From: Psychrobacter cryohalolentis K5
Lineage (GTDB): Bacteria; Pseudomonadota; Gammaproteobacteria; Pseudomonadales; Moraxellaceae
Direction: 5' to 3'
NCBI RefSeq assembly: GCF_000013905.1
Contig: NC_007969.1
Location: 2,640,001 to 2,672,000, forward strand
Length of the DNA stretch: 32,000 nucleotides
The translations under genes were made by a program, and so were the position numbers. Below the pieces are notes generated by a model. The model was not told the origin of the DNA. It searched no databases and worked only from the letters and a program-made list of their open reading frames with translations. This document shows positions 8,594-21,232 of the stretch, in pieces; position 1 is the first letter of the stretch, and each line of letters opens with the position of its first letter.

Positions 8594-9718
8594 TTGTCCC
8601 ATTTATCTTCATCCAATTGGTCTACTCACGCCTCTATTAAAATACTGCCGAAAGCATTACTCTGTGCCGCCATCGGGCTCTCTATTACCAGCTGTAGCAA
8701 ATCTGATAACGCGCCTATCGATAGTTCTGCTACCAGCGATGTCACGTTGAACCTTTATAACTGGTCAGAGTATATGCCGCAAGAAATACTTGACGGCTTT
8801 ACTGAAGAAACTGGTATCAAAGTCAATTACACCACCTTTGACTCTAATGAAGCCATGTATGCCAAGCTAAAGCTGCTTGATGATTCTAGCCAATACGATT
8901 TGGCGATTCCATCGACGTATTATGTCGAAAAAATGGCAAAAGAAGGTCTGCTACAAGAGCTTGATAAGTCTAAATTGAGCAATTTTAAAAACCTTGACAC
9001 TTCTTTTACCAATACCAAAGTTGACCCAGAAAACAAATACTCGATTCCTTATATGTGGGGCAGCACCGGTCTTGCTATCAATGGCGAGACGGTTGATCCA
9101 GCCACGGTCAATAGCTGGAATGATTTATGGCGTCCTGAGTATAAGGGTCAAGTGATGCTGATGAATGATATGCGCGAAGTGTTCGGCATGGCGCTATTAA
9201 CCCTAGGCTACTCTGGCAACAGTAGAAATCCTGACGAAATTAAAGCCGCTTATGAGAAGCTCACGACCTTGATGCCGAATGTAAAAACCTTTAACTCAGA
9301 TGCTTCACGTATGCCATATATGGAAGGTGAAACCAGCGTCGGTATGACGTGGAATGGGGAAGCTATCATCGCCAATAGTGAAGGTCTCACTAGCTTGGTG
9401 TATAAATACCCAACCGAAGGTGCGATATTATGGATGGACAATTTTGTCATTCCTAAAAACGCCACGCAAGTCGATGCAGCCCACAAGTTCATAGACTATC
9501 TGCTACGTCCTGAGAACTCCAAAATTGTTAGTGAAGAGATAGGTTATGCGTCGCCTAATATTGCGGCACGTGAAATGATGCCAGATGACGTCAAAAATAA
9601 TCCAACCATCTACCCTAGTAAAGACGTATTGGCAAAAGCTGAATTCCAAGAAGATGTTGGTGATGAAGCATTGCAGGTGTACCAACAGTATTGGGATAAG
9701 CTAAAAACTGGTCGTTAA
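8594..9718 (+). CDS. Spermidine/putrescine ABC-transporter substrate-binding lipoprotein (PotD/PotF family)
   Basis: 374 aa. LNLYNWSEYMPQEILDGFTEETGIKVNYTTFDSNEAMYAKL and the YSIPYMWGSTG block are typical of PotD/PotF. The signal peptide carries a lipobox (LSITSC). The TTG start at 8594 is supported by AGGAGA at 8583-8588. Confidence 0.8.
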   Translation: MSHLSSSNWSTHASIKILPKALLCAAIGLSITSCSKSDNAPIDSSATSDVTLNLYNWSEYMPQEILDGFTEETGIKVNYTTFDSNEAMYAKLKLLDDSSQYDLAIPSTYYVEKMAKEGLLQELDKSKLSNFKNLDTSFTNTKVDPENKYSIPYMWGSTGLAINGETVDPATVNSWNDLWRPEYKGQVMLMNDMREVFGMALLTLGYSGNSRNPDEIKAAYEKLTTLMPNVKTFNSDASRMPYMEGETSVGMTWNGEAIIANSEGLTSLVYKYPTEGAILWMDNFVIPKNATQVDAAHKFIDYLLRPENSKIVSEEIGYASPNIAAREMMPDDVKNNPTIYPSKDVLAKAEFQEDVGDEALQVYQQYWDKLKTGR

Positions 9719-9772
9719 TCATTGTTTATTAATGGTCGATTTTTGATAGCCGTTTTTAGTAATTATGATTGT

Positions 9773-9807
9773 AAAAAAAAGCTGACTTTATAGAGTCAGC
9801 TTTTTTT
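9773..9807. terminator. Bidirectional rho-independent terminator between the convergent PotD-like and FUSC genes
   Basis: An A8 run (9773-9780) precedes the stem GCTGACT (9781-9787) / AGTCAGC (9794-9800) with a 6-nt loop. A T7 run (9801-9807) follows. Confidence 0.85.
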
Positions 9808-9809
9808 AT

Positions 9810-11021
9810 TTATAAATGCAAATCTGTTTCACCGCCATGCTCCTCTATACGTCGTTGTTCACGGCGCTGGTAGCGCAGACCAGAAGCCGCAAACCACTGC
9901 GGCTTAGTCTCTTGTAATAAGTCACTGAGCTGCTGTAATTGCACTTGTAAAGTTTGTGTCAACCAAAAGTAGCCCTGCCATTCAAAGCCTAAATTTTCTA
10001 CGCTTGGATATTCTGATAAGGTAATACGCGTAATGGGACGAAACACCTCATCACTTGGGCTACGCAACACTGCTGCCATATGTTGCATCACTTGGGTTAA
10101 TTCGTGCTGATAATGTATGAGCAGGATATGATTATCCTCATCAATCTCGATACTGGCTAAGCGCGGTGCTGCCGTTAGCAGCAGATCAATCGTACCAATA
10201 ATATTTCGGTGGGTACGTTGAATACTCTCAATTGTCTCTTTATCGATACCAGACTCGCTCGTTGTTGCTGCCAAATGAGGGCGTACCGCTAAGAGTCTTT
10301 TATTGATCTGCTGTAGCTCTATCACTAAGGCTTTGTTAACAGGTACGGCAAAGACTGTTGGATTGACGTACTGAACAGCACCATCACTCAATTCTTCAGC
10401 AGTATCGATATGATTGCCTACCCTAGCATAAAGATTACTACAAGCATCGAGGTTACTAGCCAGTAAGAATCGCCACATCAATGTGGACTTCAATGGCAAA
10501 ATCAATGTCGCTGCAACGGCAAGCCCTGTACCAAGTAAAATATTGAGGGCACGGTAGATACCATCTTGGCCGATAGTGCTTTGACCCAAATCCGAGACAA
10601 TCATCAACATGGTTATACCAGTCAATAACCCTGTGTAGCCAAGATTCCTAATCGCCAGATAGCCAATAATACCACTCATCAGTCCGATGATGACATAATC
10701 TACCCACAACCATGTCCCTACGCCTTGACTAAACCATACAATACCGAGCGCAGCACCAATACCTAATAAAGTACCAAGTACTCGCTCTTTAGCCTTAGTA
10801 TAAATTGCACCTTGATACTGTAACAATCCTAGAATAATAAAAACAGTGATAGTCGTCCATTCTCCATGTGGAAAATTGGTGACTTTATTGACTAATAAAG
10901 CGAGTATAACTGCCACGCCCAAACGTATAGCATGCAGCACATCAGCATGCTGATAGCGAGCGTATGGCTCTATCACGGGAGCAGTAAATCGTTGTAAAAA
11001 AGTCGGCTTCACGCAGGACAT
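9810..11021 (-). CDS. FUSC-family (fusaric-acid-resistance / aromatic-acid-exporter-like) inner-membrane protein
   Basis: 403 aa. The N-terminal half has about 5-6 hydrophobic helices, and the soluble helical C-terminal half matches the overall organisation of FUSC_2/ArAE-type proteins. The assignment is by architecture and is weaker than for other genes. Confidence 0.55.
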   Translation of the reverse strand: MSCVKPTFLQRFTAPVIEPYARYQHADVLHAIRLGVAVILALLVNKVTNFPHGEWTTITVFIILGLLQYQGAIYTKAKERVLGTLLGIGAALGIVWFSQGVGTWLWVDYVIIGLMSGIIGYLAIRNLGYTGLLTGITMLMIVSDLGQSTIGQDGIYRALNILLGTGLAVAATLILPLKSTLMWRFLLASNLDACSNLYARVGNHIDTAEELSDGAVQYVNPTVFAVPVNKALVIELQQINKRLLAVRPHLAATTSESGIDKETIESIQRTHRNIIGTIDLLLTAAPRLASIEIDEDNHILLIHYQHELTQVMQHMAAVLRSPSDEVFRPITRITLSEYPSVENLGFEWQGYFWLTQTLQVQLQQLSDLLQETKPQWFAASGLRYQRREQRRIEEHGGETDLHL

Positions 11022-11059
11022 CTCTTATCATTAATGAGAATTGGAATTAAAAAGAGTAT

Positions 11060-11100
11060 AAAAATAACGCCTTTTACCTATTAAAAGATAAAAGACGTTA
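11060..11100 (-). terminator. Candidate rho-independent terminator downstream of gltD
   Basis: A 12-nt stem, TAACGCCTTTTA (11065-11076) / TAAAAGACGTTA (11089-11100), has one mismatch and a 12-nt loop. On the minus strand it is followed by a U5 run (A-run 11060-11064). The stem is AT-rich, so it is weaker than the others. Confidence 0.5.
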
Positions 11101-11176
11101 AGTGTCAAAACATGCTCGAATATCGCCAGAAAAAAGCATGATTAAGCGAGTATTTGGCTGTCAATCAGGCTAATTA

Positions 11177-12694
<1,518 letters not shown>

Positions 12695-12795
12695 TTACCT
12701 GCTCAAAACATCTATAAATTCATCTTTAGAATAACGTCGTGCACCTCTAATATCTATAGATTATGGTACACAACGCTATCAATAAATCAGATCAA

Positions 12796-15700
12796 TTATT
12801 GCGGATCAGCGGTCGTGGTTTTAAGCAAAGTTGCAACGTTTGCTGCTTTTGGCTTAACCAAGTAGAACTTACGCGCATAATGCTCGAAGTCCGCTAATAT
12901 GGTCTGCCCCCATGCGCTGCCCGTTTTATCGACATGCCTTTCGATGACCTGCTGTAAGTAGATACGGTGGCTTTCCATCTGCTCGCTTGAGATACGATTT
13001 AAATCAATCAACTCATGGTTGCAGCGATCAAAGAAATCACCTTCTAAATCGAGTACATAAGCAAATCCACCCGTCATGCCTGCGCCAAAGTTAAGACCAG
13101 TACGTCCAAGTATGGTGATGATACCGCCCGTCATATACTCGCAGCAATGGTCGCCTGTGCCCTCGATAACAGCATGAGCACCTGAGTTACGAACACCGAA
13201 ACGCTCCCCTGCCGTACCAGCGGCATATAGCTTGCCACCTGTTGCACCATACAAGCAGGTATTACCTACAATGGCAGTATCTTGCGTCACAAAGCTTGAG
13301 TCTTTTGGTGGATAAATCACAATCTCACCGCCTGCCATGCCTTTACCAACATAATCATTGGCATCGCCTTCAAGTTCAATATGCAAGCCACCAGCATTCC
13401 AAACACCTAGACTTTGTCCTGCTGTTCCGGTCAAGTGCAGCTTAATAGGTTTGTCACTCATGCCAAGATTGCCCCATAACTCTGCAATCTCGCCTGAGAT
13501 ACGCGCACCAATCGAGCGATCACAGTTACCAACGTAATAACTATAGTCGCCACCATTGCCTTGACGAATATTCAGTAGCATATCACTAATCATCTGCTCA
13601 GCAAGCAAGCCTTTATCAAATGGCTCATTGCGCTCAACTTGACAAGTCTGCGCTTTGCCGCTACTGGCAGGATGACTAAATAATAGAGGCGATAAATCAA
13701 GATGCTGTTGCTTAGCAGTATTGCCTTCTAATATATCAAGCAAGTCAGTACGTCCAACCAACTCTTCCATCGTGCGCACGCCAAGCTTTGCAAGCCATTC
13801 ACGGGTTTCGGTTGCGACAAATTTAAAGAAGTTAATCAGCATTTCAGCTTCACCGATGAAGTGATCATCGCGTAGCTGGGCTTTTTGAGTGGCAACGCCC
13901 GTTGGGCAGTTGTTTAAATGGCAAATACGTAGGTATTTGCAACCGACAGCTATCATCGGCGTGGTGCCAAAACCAAAGCTCTCAGCACCAAGAATGGCGG
14001 CTTTGACCACATCAAGTCCTGTCTTTAGACCGCCGTCGGTTTGAATACGGACTTTATGACGCAAGCCATTAACGCGTAATGATTGATGAGTTTCAGCAAG
14101 ACCTAACTCCCAAGGCGAGCCAGCATGATGGATAGACGACAGAGGTGATGCTGCCGTACCGCCGTCATAACCTGAGATAGTAATCAAGTCAGCATAAGCT
14201 TTTGCCACACCTGTTGCAATCGTGCCAACACCCGGACGCGAAACCAACTTAACTGACACCAACGCATCTGGATTGACTTGCTTAAGATCAAAAATAAGCT
14301 GCGCCAAATCTTCAATCGAGTAAATATCATGATGCGGCGGCGGTGAAATTAACGTCACACCCGGCACCGAATAACGCAGGCGCGCGATTAACGCATTGAC
14401 TTTACCGCCTGGCAGCTGACCACCTTCACCAGGTTTTGCCCCTTGAGCAACCTTGATCTGCATAACTTCTGCTGAACGCAGATAGGCGGGCGTTACCCCA
14501 AAACGACCAGAGGCAACTTGTTTAATTTTTGAGTTACGCAGTGTCCCATAACGTACAGGGTCTTCACCGCCCTCACCTGAATTTGAGCGACCACCAATGG
14601 TATTCATAGCGATAGCGATGGCTTCATGCGCTTCTGGTGACAGCGCGCCCAGCGACATACCAGCAGAGTCAAAACGCGACAAAATGGCTGAGATATCTTC
14701 AACCTCATCAACGTCAAGTGGATTGTCCGTTTTCAGCTGTAATAAATCACGTAAAGTAGCGACCGGACGGCTATTGACAATTTCTGCATATTGACGGTAA
14801 TTGTCATAATTACCAGTTCGTACCGCCAAATGTAGGCTATTAATCACATCCGGATTAAAGGCATGATACTCTTTATTAAAAACAAATTTTAATAAGCCGC
14901 CTTGATCAAGTGGGGCGCGACGCTTAAAGGCATTTGCCGCGAGCTGTGCTTGATCCGCTGCCAAATCAGCAAAAGTTGCGCCTTTAATACGACTTTGCAC
15001 GCCTTTAAAGCACAGATTAACCACTTCCTCAGAAAGACCTACCGCCTCAAATAACTGCGCACCGCGATACGATACAATGGTAGAGATACCCATTTTTGAT
15101 AAAATCTTTAGCAAACCTTTATCTAAGCCTTTACGGAAATTTACCCGTGCCTGAATCGGATCACCAAGCAGCTCGCCAGTCGCAACCAAATCATCAATCA
15201 CGTCATAAGCTAGATAAGGATAAACGCAGGTCGCGCCAAAGCCAATTAATACCGCGACTTGATGTGAATCACGTGCCAGACCAGTTTCAATAATTAAATT
15301 GGCATCAGTACGAATACCTTGTGCAATCAGATAATGATGCACCGCCCCTGTGACCATTATGGCGTTGGCAGGGACTTCATCTACCGCAATGTCTTTATCA
15401 GATAAGACAATCAAGGTATGACCAGCACGAATGCTACTGGCAACTTGCTCGCAGATAGAGATAATGGCAGCGGAAAGTTCTAATGTACGGTCATAATTTA
15501 AGTCGATACGTGCCATCTTAAAAGCAGGATCATTCACAGTTTCAAGTTGCTGCATCTTACTTGCTGAGAGCACCGGCGATGACAAGATAATACGATGCGC
15601 GTCGCGGGCTGATGGCGCAAACACATTGGTTTCAGCGCCGAGGCACGTCTGTAGCGACATTACAATAGATTCACGTAGTGGATCAATCGGTGGATTGGTC

Positions 15701-17259
15701 ACCTGTGCAAATTGCTGGCGGAAGAAATCACCGACATGACGAATCTGCTGTGACAGTACCGCCATTGGCGTATCATCACCCATCGAACCAACTGGCTCTT
15801 GCGCATTTTCAGCGTTAGGGCGGATGATTTCTGTACGCTCTTCATTGGTGATGTGATACATTTTTTGCAATGCTTTTAACGGCTCACCGCGACATGCCTG
15901 TGCAGCTATCTCTTCTTCTAAGCGCTCATCATCACGGATATGGGTCGCCTCGTCACGTAACCATTTACGATACGGATGCGCCTTTTTGAGCAAGGTCGCG
16001 ATGGCTTTGGTATCCATTATTTGACCGGTTTGAGTATCAATGACTAGCATCTGACCGGGTCCAACACGACCTTTAGCGAGCACGTCTTTTGGCTTATAGT
16101 CCCAAACCCCTACTTCTGAGGCGACCGTAATATAACCATTCTTCGTCGTCACCCAGCGCGATGGACGTAAACCGTTCCGATCCAGCATACAGACGGCATA
16201 GCGACCATCTTGAATCACGAGACCTGCAGGACCATCCCATGCTTCCATATGCTGCGAGTAAAACTCATAAAATGCCCGCAAGTCCATATCCATGCTATCG
16301 ACATTCTGCCAAGCAGGTGGCACCAGAATCGACATTGAATGAAACAAGCTCATACCACCTGACATCAGAACTTCTAGCATATTGTCTAAGCTAGATGAGT
16401 CTGAGCCACTACTATTAACTAAGGGCGTTAACTCATTCAAATTGGGTAATTTATCTGATTTTAATTTTGGCGTACGCGCCTCAGACCAGCTGCGGTTGCC
16501 GGAGATGGTATTTAGCTCACCATTATGTGCCAAATAGCGAAAAGGCTGTGCCAATGGCCAGCGCGGTAGCGTATTGGTTGAAAAGCGCTGATGGAATACC
16601 ACAATATGCGACGCTAAACGCGCATCTTGCAAATCTAAGAAGAAAGCAGGCAGATCTGATGGCATCACCAGACCTTTGTAAATAATAGTCTGACAGCTCA
16701 ATGAGCAGACATAAAACAGCTCATCATCAACCAAGCGTTGCTCAGATTTTTTACGCGCCACAAACAGCTTGCGATTAAAATCATCTGCCGCTAAACCATC
16801 CGGCGCATTGACAAATACTTGCTTAAAATCTGGTAATGTCTGACGCCCAATTTCACCGACAATGCTTAAATCAAGTGGTACATCGCGCCAGCCGGCTACT
16901 TCTAAGCCTTGTGCGGTAATCTCTTCATTTAATACTTGTAGGCTATGCTGAGCCGTTGCCGTATCTGGATTGACGAATACCATACCAACCGCGAAGTTAT
17001 CCGTTATCTCAAACTGTTGCTCTGCTGCAATGTCTCTAAAAAAGGCAACGGGCGTCGCTAATAATAAACCACAACCATCGCCGGTTTTGCCATCAGCTGC
17101 CACGCCGCCACGATGGGTCATACAACTTAGGCTGTGAATGGCTGTTTTTACCAAATCATGACTGGCCTGACCCTCAATATGAGCAATCAAACCAAAACCG
17201 CAATTGTCAGAAAAGTCATCTGGCGAGGCCAAATGCGTATGGGAGGAAATCATTGACAT
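12796..17259 (-). CDS. gltB: Glutamate synthase (NADPH) large subunit
   Basis: 1487 aa. The N-terminal Ntn-amidotransferase cysteine ([13 protein letters not shown]) follows a short propeptide. FMN/Fe-S central domains and the C-terminal GXGXG beta-helix repeats are present. AAGGA lies about 8 nt upstream of the ATG at 17259. Confidence 0.95.
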   Translation of the reverse strand: MSMISSHTHLASPDDFSDNCGFGLIAHIEGQASHDLVKTAIHSLSCMTHRGGVAADGKTGDGCGLLLATPVAFFRDIAAEQQFEITDNFAVGMVFVNPDTATAQHSLQVLNEEITAQGLEVAGWRDVPLDLSIVGEIGRQTLPDFKQVFVNAPDGLAADDFNRKLFVARKKSEQRLVDDELFYVCSLSCQTIIYKGLVMPSDLPAFFLDLQDARLASHIVVFHQRFSTNTLPRWPLAQPFRYLAHNGELNTISGNRSWSEARTPKLKSDKLPNLNELTPLVNSSGSDSSSLDNMLEVLMSGGMSLFHSMSILVPPAWQNVDSMDMDLRAFYEFYSQHMEAWDGPAGLVIQDGRYAVCMLDRNGLRPSRWVTTKNGYITVASEVGVWDYKPKDVLAKGRVGPGQMLVIDTQTGQIMDTKAIATLLKKAHPYRKWLRDEATHIRDDERLEEEIAAQACRGEPLKALQKMYHITNEERTEIIRPNAENAQEPVGSMGDDTPMAVLSQQIRHVGDFFRQQFAQVTNPPIDPLRESIVMSLQTCLGAETNVFAPSARDAHRIILSSPVLSASKMQQLETVNDPAFKMARIDLNYDRTLELSAAIISICEQVASSIRAGHTLIVLSDKDIAVDEVPANAIMVTGAVHHYLIAQGIRTDANLIIETGLARDSHQVAVLIGFGATCVYPYLAYDVIDDLVATGELLGDPIQARVNFRKGLDKGLLKILSKMGISTIVSYRGAQLFEAVGLSEEVVNLCFKGVQSRIKGATFADLAADQAQLAANAFKRRAPLDQGGLLKFVFNKEYHAFNPDVINSLHLAVRTGNYDNYRQYAEIVNSRPVATLRDLLQLKTDNPLDVDEVEDISAILSRFDSAGMSLGALSPEAHEAIAIAMNTIGGRSNSGEGGEDPVRYGTLRNSKIKQVASGRFGVTPAYLRSAEVMQIKVAQGAKPGEGGQLPGGKVNALIARLRYSVPGVTLISPPPHHDIYSIEDLAQLIFDLKQVNPDALVSVKLVSRPGVGTIATGVAKAYADLITISGYDGGTAASPLSSIHHAGSPWELGLAETHQSLRVNGLRHKVRIQTDGGLKTGLDVVKAAILGAESFGFGTTPMIAVGCKYLRICHLNNCPTGVATQKAQLRDDHFIGEAEMLINFFKFVATETREWLAKLGVRTMEELVGRTDLLDILEGNTAKQQHLDLSPLLFSHPASSGKAQTCQVERNEPFDKGLLAEQMISDMLLNIRQGNGGDYSYYVGNCDRSIGARISGEIAELWGNLGMSDKPIKLHLTGTAGQSLGVWNAGGLHIELEGDANDYVGKGMAGGEIVIYPPKDSSFVTQDTAIVGNTCLYGATGGKLYAAGTAGERFGVRNSGAHAVIEGTGDHCCEYMTGGIITILGRTGLNFGAGMTGGFAYVLDLEGDFFDRCNHELIDLNRISSEQMESHRIYLQQVIERHVDKTGSAWGQTILADFEHYARKFYLVKPKAANVATLLKTTTADPQ

Positions 17260-18004
17260 AGCTGGTCCTTTTAAGTAAGCGGAAGTTTATGCAACCAATG
17301 TGATGCACAAACCGTTTTCCGCAAGCAGAACGGGCTGGATTATATTTACATATCCGGATTAATAAAGCGCGAGCAGAAAAATTATTGCCAGTGCGCTGGG
17401 TATGATAAAAACAATTATCAAAGTACCCTGTATGCTAGCAATATTTGAGCCATCAATTTAACGCGGACTGATAGGATAACTTGGTGAAAGTATTCAATGT
17501 CAATCGTCGCAAATCAAAATATTAAGCACTTCAACGTGACTACTTGTCGATCTTATGTTGGCTATAAGTTTCAATATGAATCTTATAATCTTCAATGATC
17601 AAACTAGTAAATAGCTGAAAAAACGCAGTTTATCCATCAAATGTGAATATAAGACGCCTATATTCAAGCGCCTTAACAATCCTAATAAGGATGATAGTAA
17701 GAGAAGTTGCGCCACTTGCGATATGCTGATCGTAGCGGATAACTAGTAACCAGCTAACAAGTAGCAGCGCTTGAGATATGATGTTTTCTGTTAATCATTT
17801 ATCCTAAGTTTAATAAAATCTTATTAAATTAGAAGCTAACAAATGACCATTTACGATAACTATACAGAACGTCACCCATCCTTATATTAGTGAATGATTG
17901 ACAAAAAATCTAGTCTTTTCTGCCGATTCATCCGTCAGATTTTGTAAGTGTTTATATTGCTATTGGTTATATAAGATATCATAACCCATAAGTAAATGAT
18001 TCAT

Positions 18005-18038
18005 AAAAAAGCCCACTGTATTTTTTAGTGGGCTTTTT
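18005..18038. terminator. Rho-independent terminator after the DamX-like gene (symmetrical A/T runs)
   Basis: An A6 run (18005-18010) precedes the stem GCCCACT (18011-18017) / AGTGGGC (18027-18033) with a 9-nt loop. A T5 run (18034-18038) follows. It lies 22 nt beyond the stop at 18060. Confidence 0.85.
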
Positions 18039-18059
18039 GACGTATGTGCTTACTTAAAA

Positions 18060-19196
18060 TTAGTCTTTCTTTTCTTCGATGAGCTCTTTTATACTGTCGT
18101 TTTTGGCTTTTGGCGCTGCCGTATTGTTAGAGCTATTATTGGCATTTTTATTCGCCGAGCTTGCATTTGGATTTTTATTATCCGAATTTGTACTGTTGGG
18201 ATTGGCAGTATTATTCGGCGCCTTAGGCGTGGCAACCACTGGTGGTTTTTTCGCTGAATTAGTATCAGCACCAGATACAACAGGCTTTTTGCTTTCTTGC
18301 TCAGGCTTACGGTTATTATCAGTACTTTTAGGGGCTGAGGTAGTAGGAGATTGCTCTTCTATACCGAAAATACGCTCCTCATTAACTGTCAAGGTATCAG
18401 AAGTATCAACGGACTGACGAATGCTTTCAGTCGCACTGCTATTGGTCGATTCTTGAGGAGTACGGTTGGTCGCATTGCTTGCAGTTTGCTCACTGTTATT
18501 TACCGTAGGTGTTTTTTGACGTAGCGGCACTTCACGCTTGGTTGGTCTCAGATTGACTGCACGGGTGCGTTTTGTACTTAAATCTTTTACAGGATCAGGG
18601 CGCTCATAATTATCAATGATGCTGACATAGCGATTGATCTCTTCAGGCAATACTCGCACATTGGCAGGCAGCTTAAAATCTATCAGCTTAGCCGCCCCAA
18701 CTGCTTCTTGTGGACTGCCCATCAAGCCATAAGTCAGCATATAACGGACTTGCTCGTTTTCATCAAGGTAGCGGAAATATGTAAATTTGCTACGGTCTTC
18801 ACGTCCTTCTAGATAACTGACAATCACCTCATTTTCAGCGACATTCATGACCTGTACTGTCCACTTGCCTTTGTTGGCAAGCAGATAACGCTTATCTTTA
18901 AACTCATCAGGATAGCTGCGCAAATCACGAACCGTTTCATCAAAACTGATCGGTTGTACGTCAGTATCAAGCTCATGCAGCGATTCAATTTTCAATGGCT
19001 GCTCAAGCTCCGCACTCAGTGTTTTGGGCGCTGCTATGGGCGCGTTTTCTATCTTGGCGCCCATCGCTGGCGTTTGGCTAAACATCCATACCAAAGCGGT
19101 GGTCACACCCAACATCAGAGTCGCTATCAGCCAAATCAGCGCTTGACGGCGATAGGATTGACTCGCGGTGCGAGTCGTCGAGCGAGATGCTGCCAT
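18060..19196 (-). CDS. DamX-like membrane-anchored protein with a SPOR-like domain and a long low-complexity C-terminal tail
   Basis: 378 aa. It has an N-terminal basic segment plus one TM helix (ALIWLIATLMLGVTTALVWMF). Residues about 103-177 (KWTVQVMNVAENEVIVSYLEG...YMLTYGLMGSPQEAVGAAKLI) resemble the SPOR fold pattern of E. coli DamX. An N/S/T/K/P-rich tail follows. Its position directly downstream of aroK-aroB matches damX in E. coli and the SPOR gene in Pseudomonas. Confidence 0.6.
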   Translation of the reverse strand: MAASRSTTRTASQSYRRQALIWLIATLMLGVTTALVWMFSQTPAMGAKIENAPIAAPKTLSAELEQPLKIESLHELDTDVQPISFDETVRDLRSYPDEFKDKRYLLANKGKWTVQVMNVAENEVIVSYLEGREDRSKFTYFRYLDENEQVRYMLTYGLMGSPQEAVGAAKLIDFKLPANVRVLPEEINRYVSIIDNYERPDPVKDLSTKRTRAVNLRPTKREVPLRQKTPTVNNSEQTASNATNRTPQESTNSSATESIRQSVDTSDTLTVNEERIFGIEEQSPTTSAPKSTDNNRKPEQESKKPVVSGADTNSAKKPPVVATPKAPNNTANPNSTNSDNKNPNASSANKNANNSSNNTAAPKAKNDSIKELIEEKKD

Positions 19197-19371
19197 GGAG
19201 GTGTCCTTGGTAAAGATATGCTTAGGATAGGGTCATAAAAATTATACAGATAAAACCAAGCGCTCTATACTCACTTCAAAATAAACGAGAATCGCTTTTA
19301 GTACCGTGCTATTTCTATATTGAAAACAATTAATTGCTCATAGCCATTTATAATGTATGTTCTTTTATAGC

Positions 19372-20481
19372 TTACGGTGCATGCGTGGCTAGCACATCGG
19401 TGAGCAGATGCGGGTCAAAATCATTGGTTAATACTGCTTCACCCAATGATTTTAACAAAATAAGGCGGATTTGTCCGTGTTTCACTTTTTTATCATGCCC
19501 CATTAAGTCCAAAGCTGTCTGAACTTCGATAGGCGGCGGCGTGATCGGTAAATTGGCTAATGACAATATGCGCTTAACACAAGCAACCTCATCGCTCGTT
19601 AACCAGCCGATTTTTTGCGACAGCTCAGCCGCTTGTACCATGCCCGCAGCAACTGCCTCACCATGTAGCCAACTACCATAACCTTCATGAGTTTCAATCA
19701 CATGACCAAACGTATGACCAAAATTTAATAAAGCGCGTACACCTGATTCTCTTTCATCTTGGGCGACAACATCAGCTTTGTACTGGCAGCAGCGCTTCAC
19801 CGCTTCACCCAGTACCGCTAGATCCAAAGCCATCATCGCAGGCAGATTGTGCTCAAGCCAAGTCAAGAACTCGGCATCCATAATCAGCGCATATTTAATA
19901 ACTTCAGCAAGCCCTGCTGACAGCTCGCGCGCTGGCAGGGTTTTGAGTGTACTCATATCTGCCAATACCATTTGCGGCTGCCAGAATGCGCCAATCATGT
20001 TTTTGCCTTGCGGATGATTGATACCGGTTTTGCCGCCGACGCTTGAATCCACTTGAGACAGCAAGGTGGTTGGTATCTGAATAAAATTGACGCCGCGCAT
20101 AAAGCTTGCTGCTGCAAATCCCGTCATATCACCAATGACACCACCACCAAGCGCAATCAAAGTCACATCACGATTAAAATGCACTGCCATCAACACATCA
20201 TAAATCTGATTGATACTCGACTGGTTCTTATATTGTTCGCCATCTGGCAGCACGCACACCTGCACGGTAAACTGCGCTTCAAGTTCCTCTTGTAAAGCCT
20301 TTAAATATAAAGGCGCAACCGTTTCATTGGTGACGATAAGGACTTGACGACCTGTAATATAAGGGGCAACTTGGCTAGCCATACTGCTATTTTCTGCTAT
20401 TGCGTTTTCAGTAATGACGATTGGATAGTCATGACTTTGCGTATGTACTGTCAAGTCAGCATGAAACAGTGGCGTTGCCAT
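19372..20481 (-). CDS. aroB: 3-dehydroquinate synthase
   Basis: 369 aa. It has the nucleotide-binding [15 protein letters not shown]. The metal and substrate motifs are [21 protein letters not shown] and HGEAVAAGM. It lies immediately downstream of aroK. Confidence 0.95.
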   Translation of the reverse strand: MATPLFHADLTVHTQSHDYPIVITENAIAENSSMASQVAPYITGRQVLIVTNETVAPLYLKALQEELEAQFTVQVCVLPDGEQYKNQSSINQIYDVLMAVHFNRDVTLIALGGGVIGDMTGFAAASFMRGVNFIQIPTTLLSQVDSSVGGKTGINHPQGKNMIGAFWQPQMVLADMSTLKTLPARELSAGLAEVIKYALIMDAEFLTWLEHNLPAMMALDLAVLGEAVKRCCQYKADVVAQDERESGVRALLNFGHTFGHVIETHEGYGSWLHGEAVAAGMVQAAELSQKIGWLTSDEVACVKRILSLANLPITPPPIEVQTALDLMGHDKKVKHGQIRLILLKSLGEAVLTNDFDPHLLTDVLATHAP

Positions 20482-20562
20482 GAAAATCTCCTTAATTCTT
20501 ACGAGTAAAATTTAACTAAATAGGTATTCGATAATATTGGTCATACTAGTCATTTTTTGACA

Positions 20563-21132
20563 TCAGTCTTTTTCAGGCTCTGAATCGACAGACGTAGAGA
20601 TACAAAATGAGTTAAGCTGCTGTAATAATTGATTGACCATGTGCCGTGGATACGTATGTCCTGTTGGCATAATAATATGCGCTACTTCCCTGTACAATGG
20701 ATCACGCGCGCTATATAAACCTTGCAGTATTTTTCTGGGGTTTGGCTGCTGTAATAAAGGACGCGATTTGTCTTTCGCAGTACGAGCCATTTGTACATCG
20801 ACAGGCGCGTTGAGATAAATAACGATACCGCGCTGCTTTAAATACTCACGATTTTCAGCTGCCATCACAGCACCGCCGCCAGTCGCTAAAACAATTTGCG
20901 GTTGCTGTGTTAGCTCATCGATTGCACGCGTTTCCCGTTCTCGAAAGCCCGCTTCACCTTCTTTGGCAAATATCCAAGCGATATCGGCACCGGTCTGCGA
21001 TTCGATATACCAATCGCTGTCTACAAACGAGCGCCCGAGCTGCTTTGCCAGTAATCTGCCGATTGTGGTCTTCCCTGCTCCCATCGGCCCTACCAAAAAT
21101 ACCGACGGTAATTCCTCAACCATAGTACTCAC
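20563..21132 (-). CDS. aroK: Shikimate kinase
   Basis: 189 aa. It has Walker A VGPMGAGKTTIGRLLA, followed by FVDSD and the ATGGG motif typical of AroK. Confidence 0.9.
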   Translation of the reverse strand: MSTMVEELPSVFLVGPMGAGKTTIGRLLAKQLGRSFVDSDWYIESQTGADIAWIFAKEGEAGFRERETRAIDELTQQPQIVLATGGGAVMAAENREYLKQRGIVIYLNAPVDVQMARTAKDKSRPLLQQPNPRKILQGLYSARDPLYREVAHIIMPTGHTYPRHMVNQLLQQLNSFCISTSVDSEPEKD

Positions 21133-21232
21133 TCAGCTAAATTAGGTATGATACAACGTCATTGATATTCTGGCTAGTAATGAGCTGTGATTATTGTTAG
21201 TAAAATCCTTGCCAGCCTAAAAATCAACCATT

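Noticed and set aside
8550-8750. 66-aa plus-strand ORF overlapping the PotD-like start
   Set aside because: It is out of frame with, and overlapped by, the well-supported PotD/PotF-family ORF, which has its own AGGAGA Shine-Dalgarno.
17898-18038. Possible plus-strand sRNA running from a perfect TTGACA (17898-17903) to the symmetrical terminator at 18005-18038
   Set aside because: No acceptable -10 hexamer lies at 16-19 nt spacing (TGCCGA/CTGCCG). The terminator is fully explained by the DamX-like gene on the minus strand. It is kept only as a remark within the gltB-upstream finding.
18079-18417. 112-aa plus-strand ORF and 63-aa minus-strand ORF within the DamX-like tail region
   Set aside because: They are alternative frames of a low-complexity coding region. 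The hydrophobic L/F/G/A-rich product is the expected antisense of an N/S/K/A-rich tail.
18087-18584. Possible DNA tandem repeat or contingency locus in the low-complexity tail of the DamX-like gene
   Set aside because: Inspection shows no exact nucleotide repeat unit or homopolymer tract. The low complexity is at the amino-acid level only.
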